A stretch of DNA of 63,915 nt, filler included, from Rhabdomonas costata (Eukaryota): NCBI GenBank assembly GCA_019059605.1. It is 48 parts of 48 records of this genome, joined end to end, with 100 filler letters (N's around TTAATTAATTAA, not from the genome) between each part and the next. Parts side by side here need not be neighbours in the genome. Positions count along the whole stretch, not along the records: positions 36,022 to 37,254 come from JAHMHO010022579.1; positions 37,355 to 38,587 come from JAHMHO010022580.1; positions 38,688 to 39,920 come from JAHMHO010022581.1; positions 40,021 to 41,253 come from JAHMHO010022582.1; positions 41,354 to 42,587 come from JAHMHO010022583.1; positions 42,688 to 43,920 come from JAHMHO010022584.1; positions 44,021 to 45,251 come from JAHMHO010022585.1; positions 45,352 to 46,584 come from JAHMHO010022586.1; 40 more parts are not named here. One strand, given 5' to 3'. The first letter of the stretch is position 1; each line of letters starts with the position of its first letter. The position numbers and the translations under genes were made by a program. This document shows positions 36,701 to 49,514 of this stretch, piece after piece. Under the pieces are notes generated by a model. That model was not told the DNA's origin. It saw only the letters and a list, made by a program, of their open reading frames with translations, and ran no database searches.

Positions 36701-39700
36701 GGGTATGCCGATGTTTTACCGATCTGCGTGTGACACTAGCTCTAGTTTTTCGCATCTCACTATGTGGCGCGGGCCATATATCACCCTATATATATTGCCC
36801 TCAAACCGGGAGGGTGAGTGGTAACGGTGATGATAACGCTATGCAAAACGCTACAAAAAATGTGCCAGTGAATGAAAGGGCTTTGTGTGAAAGCGTTTGT
36901 TTTGAACCAAGGGAGCTGGTCGAGCAATGACGGTTTACGCAGGGTCGGCCTTTTCAACATTTTTTTGCCGCAATTTAGATTCTTTTTTATAATTTCTTAA
37001 ATGCATTTTAAAAAATTATAAATTATAAAATTATAAAATTGTCGCTCCAAGAAATATTTTCACGCAAATATGTACTGCCTTCGAGCAGTCACAGGGCCTT
37101 AAAAACCATCAACACGATATAAATCCGTTTAATTTACAATATTTGTCAAGCAGTGTTCCAAAGAAAGGAAGAAAAAAGAAACATTGTTCACGAGTGTTCC
37201 GTGCTTGGCACAATTATTCAAAATTACGATAAATCCCTTCTCCCCACACTGCTANNNNNNNNNNNNNNNNNNNNNNNNNNNNNNNNNNNNNNNNNNNNTT
37301 AATTAATTAANNNNNNNNNNNNNNNNNNNNNNNNNNNNNNNNNNNNNNNNNNNNAAAAAACTCGAAAACAAAAATAAACATGTGTAATGTGACGACAGAG
37401 TGCAACAGAGATGTACACAGAGTGCTACAGTGGAATGTAGCCTGTAGAGGTGAGCGTAGTGGTAGTGATGGTTTTGGATGGCCTTGCGTGTATTTGGCAA
37501 CGCTGGTGCAACACAGAAGTAGCCGATCAGGTTAACAATCGATGTCTACTGAGCAAGACTCGTGGTAAATTTTCCAATGTTTACGTTGACCAGTTGGTGA
37601 ATGCAGTTGGAAAAATTAACTCGATTTAATTTCTAATGTTTTGAATTCACATGCTCTGTACAAATTACGAAAGCAATAGAATTCACACTATTTTGAATTT
37701 TCAACACTGTAAACACTGATGCAACGTGTTTCCGTTTCCGTTTCCGTTTCTGCATCTGTTACACTCGAAAGTCGAATATTACGATTGCATCTCCGCACCA
37801 TTTACTTCAGCACGCTTGCACTTTTGAAAGTTCAACCAATTCAGAATCCTAAATAAACCTAATCTAACCATTCCCAGATTGACTGACAGGAAATGTACCA
37901 TTTAGAATTTGGGAGGGAATTCTGATAGTGCTGTTGTTTATCCATCCAAATGCACAGTTTTGCAAAGTGTACGCTATAAAAGATTTATGGAGTAAGACAA
38001 GATATATCTGGAAGTAAATAAGAAAATCAGTTTCTGCACAAATGGGAATTCCGTAACCGTGACACCGTTTCCAAGCGTAGTGCCCCCCCAATGCTTTGCA
38101 TAATGAAGGTGAAGGGATGACCCTGGACCTTGTGCTTTGGGAACTCATCTGAACCACTTTTTTGCGTTTGTGTATGTGTGTGTGTTTTCACCCCTTACAC
38201 CCAAAAAAAGAAACCTTCCCGTTGACTCCTCCTGATGCGCAGTAAATAGGTCCTTCGCCGCTGCCGTATGCTCTCGTGTTGGTGTGATGTGAATGGTATT
38301 AGCCCCCATCCACTTGTGAACACAAAGTTCGATTCTCAGGCCCTAAACGTACCAGGACTCATCTTGCGTCCCCCCCCTCTTACACGGCAACGCGAGCAAA
38401 TAAATGCCCCACATTACGTCTTATAAGTGCCAGTCATGTCGTCCTCCACCCCTGCAGCACGGAGAGCTCTGTGTTGTCTGTAGTCTGCGTGTGACAGAAC
38501 AAATGGGTGCAGAGTACAACATCCCCTGGTTTAGGGCACCCCCCATCCGCTCTCGCTGTATCGGTGTCTGCATCCTTACACACCCCCNNNNNNNNNNNNN
38601 NNNNNNNNNNNNNNNNNNNNNNNNNNNNNNNTTAATTAATTAANNNNNNNNNNNNNNNNNNNNNNNNNNNNNNNNNNNNNNNNNNNNTGTTAAAGGATAC
38701 GGGTGGAGAGCGCTCTCATGTGGAACTTTGTTTTTTGGTTGTGTCTGTCTTTGGTAGTGGTGGTAGTTTGGCCTTTATTATTAAGAGCATAATACCTCAA
38801 CGGCATTATGCACGCTCTATAAGTTCATTGTAGTGCTACCTGTAATTTCACATGTGTCGCACTGTAAACTCAGAGCATGTGATTTAAATCTGTCAAGCCA
38901 ACACTGCACACACCAGACAGCAGTTGAAAGTCACCGTGAAAAACCTTCGCAAATCGTTGCGCACTGTTCTCTTAGTTTTGGTGTGTTACCTGCTTTCCTG
39001 CTTGCGTGCTCACTTTCCCAGATTTTGCAGTACCTCCCTTTGCACAGGCTTGCTCCACTGTCTCTCTCTCACCCTCTCTTTCTCTATCTCTCTCAGGGCT
39101 GTGGCGCATCACTTTTTCAGGAGGTGTTCTGCCTTTCCGTTTACTTTCCGAGTGCCTTGCTTTTTTCAGTAACACGACAGAAGTTTTCAATAAAACATGC
39201 CGTTTTCTTCGGCAGTCTTACAACAGGTCATCTGGGATTATCCGTGCCGCAAGAAGCGTTAATTTTTTCAGTATCGCTGTAACACTGGGATTTTCACCCA
39301 TTTGTCTGATGCAAAGGGTTTTGACGCAAAACATGAACGCATTTTATTTTAAGAGAGAAAAACTGGGGCACGTCAAGTGGGTTTTCCGTCCTCGAGTTCT
39401 TCCGTGCAAGCCTTGGTCTTTTTTGCCTTTGGCCAGTCATCAGCATTGACCTTTTCCTGGGTGGGTGAAATAAACGCAACCATGTCGATATTTGCAGCCA
39501 TGGGGAACGCTCCCTGATATTTCATAACGACCATTTACGGGATCACTGGGCGCTCACAAACGGAAGCTTTAGGATTAATAAACATCTCTGGATTATTCCT
39601 TCAGGTTCTGAATTTACGCTGTACTTCGTCTTGGAAACTGCATCCTCTTGGTAACAAGGTTACACAACAATAGAATAAATCCTGAATCCTCTTCCCGCTC

Positions 39701-40329
39701 CCAACATTGATCAGTGGGGAAAGGCGGGACTTGTCGGGGTGATGCGGGGAGGTCGTCCACAATTTTTACTAGTATTCGAGCATACGTCCACAAGTGCGGA
39801 CGGTCTGTGCGATTGTGCCCTTTGTGGGGCTGTGCACGCGGGGCCAGTACAGGGAAGCCCCTCTATTAGGGGTCCTGTTTATAGGCCCGTGGCCTATTTG
39901 GTGTGTAGGGGCACAAACACNNNNNNNNNNNNNNNNNNNNNNNNNNNNNNNNNNNNNNNNNNNNTTAATTAATTAANNNNNNNNNNNNNNNNNNNNNNNN
40001 NNNNNNNNNNNNNNNNNNNNTGTTGTTGTGTTTGTGTGTGGGGCGCTTTCTTTCAAAACAAGAAGATGCCCATTCTCAAGCTGAAAGAAAGCGCCCCACA
40101 CACAAACACAACAAGAAAAAAGACACGAACAAACATCTTCTGCTGATTTGGGTGAGCTGCTTCAGCTGTCCATTTCGTTTTTCAGAGGTTGCAGCGTGCG
40201 CTCCGGTGCTGCGGCTGGACTGAAGAAGTTAACCGGATGCCGCCCGCCAACGTGAGAGCAGGAGTGGCGGATACGCCTGCGCAGACTGCATGCTGGGCTG
40301 GCGTGGAAGTTGCTGCGATACTTGAACTC

Positions 40330-40760
40330 TGAGGGTGGAGGCCTTCCGCCTGACCAGCGTGGGAACCACGCGTACCACCATGTGGACATTCTCGCAGCCT
40401 ACGCAGTGGGCTCTTTTCGGCCGTGGAGTTCAGCTCGGAGCTGAGGCACGTCACTGGAGTTCCCTTTCGTTCAGTTCCTTGCAGATGCCCGAGATGCGGT
40501 GACCATGCCGACGCCCTTGAAATCCACGCCGTCTGTTGCCAGCTGAGATGGCAAATTACGCGCTCCCACTTGCGCTGCGCGACCAGTTGGCAAAGAATTC
40601 CGAGGACGACAAAGACCAGAACGCCCCGCCGACATCAACGTGCAAACATGGAAGAGGCGTCCCATGGACATTGACGTCACCGCGTAACGCCGACGGCACT
40701 CTCGGAGGCCCAGAAGGTCCAAGCAGCAGAGCTCCTACTGCATGCAGAAGCTGTGGCAAA
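40330..40760 (+). mobile_element. Degenerate RLE-type non-LTR retrotransposon (CRE/SLACS-like) 3' region
   Basis: CCHC knuckle CPRCGDHAD...HAVCC followed, after a frameshift, by restriction-like endonuclease motif RPADINVQTWKRRPMDIDVT at about 40622-40682. Confidence 0.8.
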
Positions 40761-41354
40761 ATGCAATCTACCCCAGAAACACGATAGTAACGCATTTCTG
40801 CATAGTGAGAAAAATGCTGATAGTGTTCACTGGTTACTTTTTTGTCTTCTTTGTGTTCACTTTTTTCCAGGAACCCAAATTGGACGCTCCCTCTAATGAA
40901 CTTTGGTAAAATGTTGAAATTATCTGGGCATTAAAGAATAACCATCCCTCCTTGAGAAATTTGCCTTGGTCATGACACTCACCCACCCTGTCTTTGGATC
41001 TTTGGCCGCTGCGCTCCGCGGCCCAAGAAATCTTGGACCAGCAAAAACTGGCCATTAGTGTGGGGCAAAGGTCACCAACCCTGTTTCAACCCCCACCGCC
41101 CTCCCGCTTCGGACTGGCCTCCGCACCAAAAAAAAGTACTTTTGCACTGCAATCTCCTGGGAACCGCTCATCGCCTCTCTGGGGTAAAAACCTCTCTAGG
41201 GTAAAAACCACGGAAGACCACTGCACCCACGGGCACTTCCCCGCCCACGCACANNNNNNNNNNNNNNNNNNNNNNNNNNNNNNNNNNNNNNNNNNNNTTA
41301 ATTAATTAANNNNNNNNNNNNNNNNNNNNNNNNNNNNNNNNNNNNNNNNNNNNG

Positions 41355-41729
41355 GGGGTGGGTGTGGGAGCCAAGGGGAAGAATCAGCCTAATGTGTGGA
41401 ATCTTGAGCGCAGTTCTGCGCTCCACCGAACCCGGGAGTACGACCACAGCTGGTATGAAGACTTGATGTTCCACCACAACACGGTCACACGAACCACGCA
41501 CTTCCCCCACGCCGTCGGGCTGGACGAGGGGGTTGGGCTGGACCACTGCTACGACTGCGCCGCAGAGCTGTTTCTGCTGCAGAAGTATCTCGTCGACTAC
41601 CACGGCGGGCGAGAAGTCAGTGCGGACCTGCTTTGGGATGTGCTGGAGTTGAGCCGGGAGGTCTCCCAGTACTGCAGCAGCGCCGGCCGCACGCTAAGGC
41701 TGTGCGCTGGGGAAAAGGACGAGGAGTGA
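41355..41729 (+). CDS. VP39-like (poxvirus poly(A) polymerase regulatory subunit family) cap 2'-O-methyltransferase, C-terminus
   Basis: YDHSWYEDLMFHHNTVTR...LDHCYDCAAELFLLQKY fits the 'YD...YE..M...N...R ... CYDC..E..IL..Y' tail of this family. Confidence 0.7.
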   Translation, partial: GVGVGAKGKNQPNVWNLERSSALHRTREYDHSWYEDLMFHHNTVTRTTHFPHAVGLDEGVGLDHCYDCAAELFLLQKYLVDYHGGREVSADLLWDVLELSREVSQYCSSAGRTLRLCAGEKDEE

Positions 41730-42258
41730 GGGCGTAAATGCAGCAAGGGCTGCCCTTTGTACAGTGGAACATTGCTGCCCTGCTTGGTTCAGGGATGTTA
41801 TCTTCATGCTCTTCGCTGAAAAGCAGAAGATTTTATGAGAACACCGGCTGGGTTACCCATTAACGCCATCCTACCACTTCAGGATATGATTCAGTGATTT
41901 TAGCCAGGCTACCCCAACCGCGCTTAATCTAACAGAAGTACTCCGCAAGGTTGAGATCTGGTTTCCTTCTGGTCTCCGCTGGGCAGTTAAGATTTCAACA
42001 CACGAAAATTCGGGTGTTGGGGGGAGGGTTCAACAAACACCCCAAGTCAGTGCTATGGCCAACCAAGTTCTTGGTTTTAGTAGGATTCCGTTTCCGAGCT
42101 GTAACCACAACTCTAGCGCCCCTGGCAAAGGATGTAAGGCAGTTTGGGCCTACCGCTGTGCCAGGTAAATCCAGTGCTAAGATTGCTGTGCATGACGTTC
42201 GGCGTCGGCTTTGCTCTTGGTGTGCCTCGTGGGATTTCTCTCGGAGGATTCTCCGCCT

Positions 42259-42304
42259 CCGAGCAGCGGAGGAATCCTCCTCGGAGGATTCCTCCGCTGC
42301 TCGG
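42259..42304. repeat. Perfect 22-bp palindrome with 2-nt loop
   Basis: ccgagcagcggaggaatcctcc-tc-ggaggattcctccgctgctcgg. Confidence 0.95.
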
Positions 42305-42495
42305 GAGACCTTGGTGGCCGCCCTGCGAGAGGAGCGCGTTCAGACCTTTGTGTGGCCCTCGCAGTGGGTCCAGCCGTGGGAACCTGCGGGAAGTCCAGCC
42401 CATCAGCGGTATCAAGAGCAGCCTGTGGTCTCCAGGAGACCGTGTTCCACTGGAACCACGCCGCCATGGCGCAAGCGTGACTGAACCCTTCTTGG

Positions 42496-42587
42496 GGGTG
42501 AGAACGTGTCAGCCTAGGTAAAGGTTTCTCAGGATCATATGCATGGGGTCCAGCAGAAGGTTTTCCTAGGCTGACACGTTCTCACCC
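42496..42587. repeat. 23-bp inverted repeat reaching the contig end; probable fold-back artefact
   Basis: 42496-42518 is the reverse complement of 42565-42587. Confidence 0.85.
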
Positions 42588-42687
42588 NNNNNNNNNNNNN
42601 NNNNNNNNNNNNNNNNNNNNNNNNNNNNNNNTTAATTAATTAANNNNNNNNNNNNNNNNNNNNNNNNNNNNNNNNNNNNNNNNNNNN

Positions 42688-42931
42688 GTCCACCACCGGC
42701 ATACCGCCACCGAGAGCTGCTGCTGCGGAGTGGCATCCCTGAAACGCTCGCGGGCCCAGCACAGGCACTGCGTGGCGACCTCCTCGGGCTGGAAGCAGTT
42801 GAAGTTCAGGAAAGGCCGGGCCACCTTCACCAAGGTTTCCGCGACAAGCGCGGTGCGGACATCACGGCCAAACCGCTCTCGAATCAGCGCGAAGTCGCGC
42901 TCCCACTTCTCGTCTTGCCGGCAGAAAACCT
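42688..42931 (-). CDS. Hypothetical protein exon
   Basis: ctgctctcag acceptor and GC3-rich open frame to the contig end (EVFCRQDEKWERDF...). Confidence 0.4.
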
Positions 42932-45900
42932 CTGAGAGCAGCACATGTGGAGAGAGGGTGCAACTCAAGCCCAGGTGGGTGCTAAACAAACCCAAGGGCC
43001 CAACTCTTTTGGGACAGGCTTTTGTTGTCGAAAGGAGCCCGGAAGGCTTTATACGGGTGAAATTCAATCAACATAAGCTGGGGTCTGGTTTAAAGCAGTC
43101 TACGGGTTTGCCTGTATACCGCGGTGGACACTTTAATTTGGCGAACTGCCTGATGTAGAAGAATAACATGGTGGTTGTGAAGGAGGGCGTTGGGATTCTT
43201 GCGGGACGAGAATGATCCAGGATGTCTTGGGCTGCGGAGAGCAGCGGAGCGTCCTAAGATCCTAATTAACACTGGGCAAGTTGATATTTTCTCTGCTTCA
43301 AAAGGAGCCCAGTGGCACCAGGGTACGGGGATCACACCACACACTACTGGACCCACCCAGGGGATACAGGCATCGCCACCTAACCCCCCGATAGACCATC
43401 TGCTTGAACCATTGCATCATTGACTGCATAAAGACAGGTGAACCCGGGTACCAGTGGTCCCTGGTACCAGGTGGTACTGTGGTTCCCAGTTGTACCCCCC
43501 CCCTACACACTACGAGTCGTGACAGGTTACACGGAGACCCGCTTTCCAAGCAAAAACATCTAAACGTAGCTTGTAAAATGCACTTCAAATATTCTGGGGG
43601 CAGTTCTGGCAACCGAGAACAATATAATCATTGCTGGCAAACCGTCGTGCAGGTGGACGGACGGTGCGCCAGCCTACAGTTCTTCCTCTTATCAGTATGC
43701 AGGCCTGCAAAGGGCCAAAAAGGGCCCTTGCAAGCCTGTATAAAGGCAAAAAGGGCTCAAAAATTCCCCAAAATGGCCCTGAAATGGCTTCTAGCGTGGC
43801 TCTAAACCGAAGCATTCCGGCCCACTCCGGTGCCAGCATGCAGTACTCCTGGGCTCTACCCTTAGGGATGCTAAATAGGCCCGGCCGAAAGCTTAGACTC
43901 CGCATGCAGGCCTGAGATCGNNNNNNNNNNNNNNNNNNNNNNNNNNNNNNNNNNNNNNNNNNNNTTAATTAATTAANNNNNNNNNNNNNNNNNNNNNNNN
44001 NNNNNNNNNNNNNNNNNNNNGGGTTGGTGGTTTTGGATTTTGGACGGAAAACTTTGGATGGCAAGCTTTCAGCTGTCTTTCTTATTTTATTGATTCTTTT
44101 TTGTCTCTTGTTGGGTGGCGACCTCGTCGCACTTGCGGCATTTTTGCAACTACTGCTTATTTGGGTGGGGCTCTCCGTGCACATGTGTGGGTTTTCATGG
44201 GGGGGGAGTGAAGGTTATGCATTATTGCTATTGCGAGGCACCGAGTCGGGGTAAATTATGCCAAAATATGCGCCCCTTTTATCGCAAATTGGGGCAGTTG
44301 CATGTTTCCGCCCCATAGACGAATATATCTATTTATATTCGTCGGGGTTTAGAAAACTTCTCCCAATTAAACACCCCCCCCCCCTCGAAACTGCAATAAC
44401 TCCGTTTTCTTGAACTGGGACTGTCGTAAACTTTCAGAGCAGGCTGGAGGGCGAATGAGCCATCGTCGTGGGTGCGTTTTGCTTAAGCTGCAAAATCTCA
44501 TTGCGTGACTGCTCTTGACACACGCACATACGATCCCCCTCTCACTTTTTCGTGCACCTGCGCAGTCGCTGCTGAGGTTCGAGGATGACCCCCAGTCCAC
44601 TCTGCTGGCCTCGCGGTCGCGGTTCACGGAGATGTCGATGTGCGAGTGTTCATTTGTCTCCCTGGAGAGGTTTTTATGCAAGGGGCGGGTGAATCGTGGG
44701 GCGCGGCGATGATTCAAGTTTCCAAAGTCTGCACAAAGTGAGTTTGGTGCAAGTGTTGTTCCTTGCCCTTCCCCGTTTCAGTTTTTGAAGAAAATCGCCT
44801 TTTCTCGGTGTTTGCTCCAATTGGACCGAGGAGGTCTTGACAGCATGGCTTAGTATTTGGTCGATTCTTCAATGTTGGTAGTGACCCCGTTTAGGATGCA
44901 GCGGCTACCTAAGTGGTGAATACAAGCCCACGATTCCTGGCACGTGTTCTTGCTCCCCTGCAGGCTTCCTTCGTTTTAGAGCATTCTGGCTGATGGCTCA
45001 TCATGATGGCAACACACCATTTAAATTGTAATGACGTTCTCGCTGCACGACCCCTGCAGAACAAGCCAGAGGATTGCTCTCAGCAGATGAGCAGCTATCA
45101 TGCACATCTTTGCCTCCACAAACAACACACACACACACACAATCAAATGTAATTCTAACTTCGGCAAGTTGGAAAAATGGTCAAAATCATAATAACAAGA
45201 GCGGATGCACGCAGTGCGACGTGCCCCCACGAGACTCTCGGACCCACACACNNNNNNNNNNNNNNNNNNNNNNNNNNNNNNNNNNNNNNNNNNNNTTAAT
45301 TAATTAANNNNNNNNNNNNNNNNNNNNNNNNNNNNNNNNNNNNNNNNNNNNGTGGTGGGTGTGTTTGGGGGTGTGGGGGTGCGGTAGAAGAGCGTAACAT
45401 ACTAGGGGGCAGAAGAGTCGGATGAAACTATAGACAAGTGAAGGGAGAAAGACGGGGAATCGCTCGAAAGCCACGGGCACACCGCGCGCCCCCATCCAGC
45501 ACCGACAAACACACACAGACACACGCACACAACTGACAGCAGAGACGAAAGGGGAGGGCGGAGGAGAGGGGCGCACTGCGCCAGGCGGTCAGTCCGTTCA
45601 AAGGGTTGAATGCGACTGCGAGTGCGACTGAGACTGAGACGGGTCCATCGTGTCCCACAGCACACAACGCGCAACCGGAAAGCGAGCGATCGAGTGAAAG
45701 GAATGTATCCCCCTCCCCCCGCAGTTAATGAGGAGGCTTCCAATGGGGGGAGGGTTCACTCGACAAACGGCATGACAAGGCACACTCGTGCGCCATGCAA
45801 CGCTCGCTTGGTGGGGTTCGGGACCTCAAGCACTGTCCGCCTATGGGCGCCGGGTACCGGAGAAGGGAGGGAGACGAGAGGGGGCCACGGCCAGCAGGTG

Positions 45901-48846
45901 GAAAGCCTGTTCCTGAAGTGGTTTTTTTGAAATACAGCAGACTTTTCTGTACCAAACGTCTTGCAGTTTGCCAAACCAGAGACAGTGACCTAGCCCAATG
46001 GTCAGCCCTTCAAGTTTAGATTGGGGTGCATTTCGGTGGTTGGGTGTGCTGCTGTCAGCAGCACGGATAAGCATTGAAATTGACACCCCTCCCAACTACA
46101 TCCCGAAACGGGGAGTTCCTCGAAACAACACTCCAAGGCAATCGGATTAGGCATTGATATCTGGCCAATGCCCTACCGTTGCTTACAGGTGCTTATTGAG
46201 TCCACGCTCAGCTACAAACTGCCAAGGGTTTCCACCCCAGCCTAGTGGAGCGTGGGGAGGAGGGAAAATGCTGAAAAGGAAGTTACAAAAGACGGTACGT
46301 GCCACGGAGAGCACAGAAAAAGGCCAAAATGGGCCACACACACTGTTGTGTGAGCTTACAAGCGGGAACGAATCCAGGACGGATACAAGGGAGTGGGTCC
46401 AGGAGCGGGATTTTGTGTTTCCGAAACACAAGGAGAGAAAAATGCAAAGCTGAAGAAGAGGAGGGCACAACCAACGGTGGGGGGATCGGGTATTATCACA
46501 GCAGATCCTAAGGAGATTCTCGGCGGCCTTCGAAACAAATTTTCTTCTTATTTTTGAATAAAACTTCGGCTTTAAAGACAACGANNNNNNNNNNNNNNNN
46601 NNNNNNNNNNNNNNNNNNNNNNNNNNNNTTAATTAATTAANNNNNNNNNNNNNNNNNNNNNNNNNNNNNNNNNNNNNNNNNNNNGTGGTGGGTGCCAGTT
46701 GTGGTTCTCCGATGAGAAGTAGGTACTACAACTGAAACCATTCCTGCAGAAGGACGAAGGAAAAGACAGAGCGGAGAAAAAAAACGAGGCCCAAAACGGA
46801 CAGCGAAGAGCGTCCCGAATGACAGGCAGCAGAGGAGGAAATCCGCGGCACGGAGTTCTGCCCAACACCTCAGTGGGTTCGCAGAATGGAAAAGGAAGCC
46901 CCACAGGCAGGCAAACAGACGCGCGAACCATCAGCGGTGTACGGAGAGTGCACGAGGTGGACTGCCATGTTTGCTGCTGCGAGGGTCGAAAACCAGTGCA
47001 GCCCGAAAGTGGGAAGGATCACAGAAACCCCACGGAAAGGATGGAGTGAAGCTCCGCGGCGAGTTCAAAAAAGAGTTTCCTGAGAGGAAATGTCGTCATT
47101 TTGATCTCAACGTGAGTTTCCGCTGTAGGCCTCAAACAGAAGCAGCGAGATCGTTTTACCCTTCTCCTCTTGACATCTTCCCCGCCCTTCCCGACAGCTT
47201 ACCAAGGCCAAAAGAGACAGGACACTCAGGTGACTTTGGCGCACAGGACCCGAGTGAAGGCCTTGTGTGTACGAGCTTCAATAGCAGCGCGCACGTTTTC
47301 CGCGTTCCTGCCCCCTCAGGTCCTTTCCACGGGAAAAGCAGCTTCAAAGCAAGGAGGGAACACAGCGGTCTACATGGGTCAGTCAAAAAGTCAAACGTGA
47401 CGCAAAAAGAGGAGCCAACCACGCTGGAACAATGGAACACGGGGTAGACACAATCGCCTCGGGTACAAGGCAAGCCCTCCCATGTTATAAAAGCTGGGAT
47501 GCTTTCAGGCTACTAACTGGTGAGCTATTGGGTTACCCCACACCACACCAACCCACGCCCTACCCCTCTCACACACGAACTCACACACACACTATAGTGA
47601 AGTCATACAAGAAAGGATGATGGGTCCTGAGAGGTCAAATACTCAATACTCTGTGCAATCCACATTTCCTCGAAGGAACACACAGACAAACCCAAAATTG
47701 CAGTCGGTCACCACCCACACCACGGCTGCCACCCCGAAGCTTGAGAGGGAAGGGAAAGGCAAGGCGCCGTCCCTTCGCACAGTTTCCAGCCTCTCTCATT
47801 TACTGGAGAACACTCACCCGTAAACCCCTAAAAGTGGCACAGCATAGACGCAAGCGTGTGTCGTGTGTAGCCCAAGGGTCCCCATTACATTACAGCGCGA
47901 AAATCCCCCAACCCCCCNNNNNNNNNNNNNNNNNNNNNNNNNNNNNNNNNNNNNNNNNNNNTTAATTAATTAANNNNNNNNNNNNNNNNNNNNNNNNNNN
48001 NNNNNNNNNNNNNNNNNGTGTTGTTGGGGGGACGGGGGGGAACGATTACCAGTGGTAACGATTTTTACTATGGGAGCATATTTTAGAAGTTGTTAAAGGG
48101 ACCCCAGGTTACCTCCCCGCCCCAGCCGCCGGCTCCGGTCGCGGCGCGGACTGGCCTTCGCCCCTAAACAAATGCTGTCCTTCTCGTCCGCTCACATCCC
48201 AGCCATTGCCGAGTCCTTAGCCAGGTGTAGGTTTCAGCTGCTATGCAAAAAGCAGTCATCGAGGGGGCACTGGCAAAGCTTACCTAAAGCATACTTTACG
48301 TCACCGCTTTTAATTAATTCAGCAAAAGAAAAAAGTTTAGGCCAGTTTTCTGTTACCATTCCCCCCCCCCAACTCCCATTGGGCCGAATTATTGCATCTG
48401 TGTTTTGTGGAGAATCTAGTGTCCGAACGTGCTTTGGCTGGAACAATGCTTATGTTCATAAACGCGCAGTGTGTGTGGAAAGCACAAGATAATCCCAGCA
48501 AAAAGGCGGTGGAGTGCTGGGTGTTAAAATCTCGCCAGAAGGTACGCTTCGTTCTCCTCTTCGGCCTCCTTTATTTATGCAATTTGTCCCCGCACACTAC
48601 TCCTCGTTATAAGGTCTAGATTATCCGAGATCAGTAGATCAGCCCCTCAAACTCTCTTGTGTTTGTGTGCTTGCTTGCTTGCATACTTTTATTCTTTTGT
48701 TTCCTTCCTTGATCGCCCCCTTCTCTGAACAATGAGTGTTTCAACACCCCTACCTCCCTCCCTTTCCAGCTTTTTTTGTTCTGCCAAAGTCCCTTGCTGT
48801 CACTATTTTTGCTTGCACACACACACACACACTTTTTCAGTTTTTC

Positions 48847-49160
48847 AGCAGCTGCGCAACAAAGGCCCGGGGCAGAAGCGAGGTCACCAGAGGTGGAACG
48901 TTCGGCGGTGAGGTGCTGTCAGGGCAACGCCTGTAGATACCGGTGCTGCCCGTTCACCCATCCGAAAGAAAAGCGCCAAAGGGCATTCCGACGAGAAAAG
49001 GCCCGAGCCCCTCAAGGAAGGAGTGTGGAGTCGCAGAGACCGGTGTGGAGCCGCAGTGGAGCAATGCAGGTAGCCGCTGGAAAAGAGCAGCTGCGCGACA
49101 ATGGCCCGGGACCCGTGGGGCAGATGGGAGGTTACCAGATGTGGAACGTTCGGCGGTGAG
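48847..49160. repeat. Two diverged direct repeats of about 65-75 bp (48847-48912, 49086-49160)
   Basis: Shared agcagctgcgc..ggcccggg..gtggaacgttcggcggtgag. Confidence 0.85.
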
Positions 49161-49352
49161 CCGGTTTCGGTTCCCCACGGCACCGTTCGCTCCAACGGCA
49201 CCTCTCGCGAGCACCCGTGGCCAACAGCGCGTGCGCCAGTCAGTCCCCAGTGNNNNNNNNNNNNNNNNNNNNNNNNNNNNNNNNNNNNNNNNNNNNTTAA
49301 TTAATTAANNNNNNNNNNNNNNNNNNNNNNNNNNNNNNNNNNNNNNNNNNNN

Positions 49353-49514
49353 GGGTGTGGGGCGTTCCGGAATGACCCCCGGGCTGTGGCGAGGATGTTC
49401 CGGGAGAGCCTCCAGGGACCCTTCCGGGGGTGCTTCCAGCACGTCGTCTTCGCGGTGTTCGCGCCGCGGGGCGGCGAGAACCTGGACGCCTTCCGCGCTG
49501 CGTTCCCGCCGTGA
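49353..49514 (+). CDS. Microbial-type PARG (TIGR02452/DUF2263 macrodomain), C-terminus
   Basis: GCGAFRNDPRAVARMF...F.GCFQHVVFAV...NLDAFRAAF* matches the family tail. Not in the supplied ORF track. Confidence 0.85.
   Translation, partial: GCGAFRNDPRAVARMFRESLQGPFRGCFQHVVFAVFAPRGGENLDAFRAAFPP

Noticed and set aside
48847-49160. CRISPR-like repeat-spacer array
   Set aside because: Only two imperfect copies about 240 bp apart, no cas genes, eukaryotic context.
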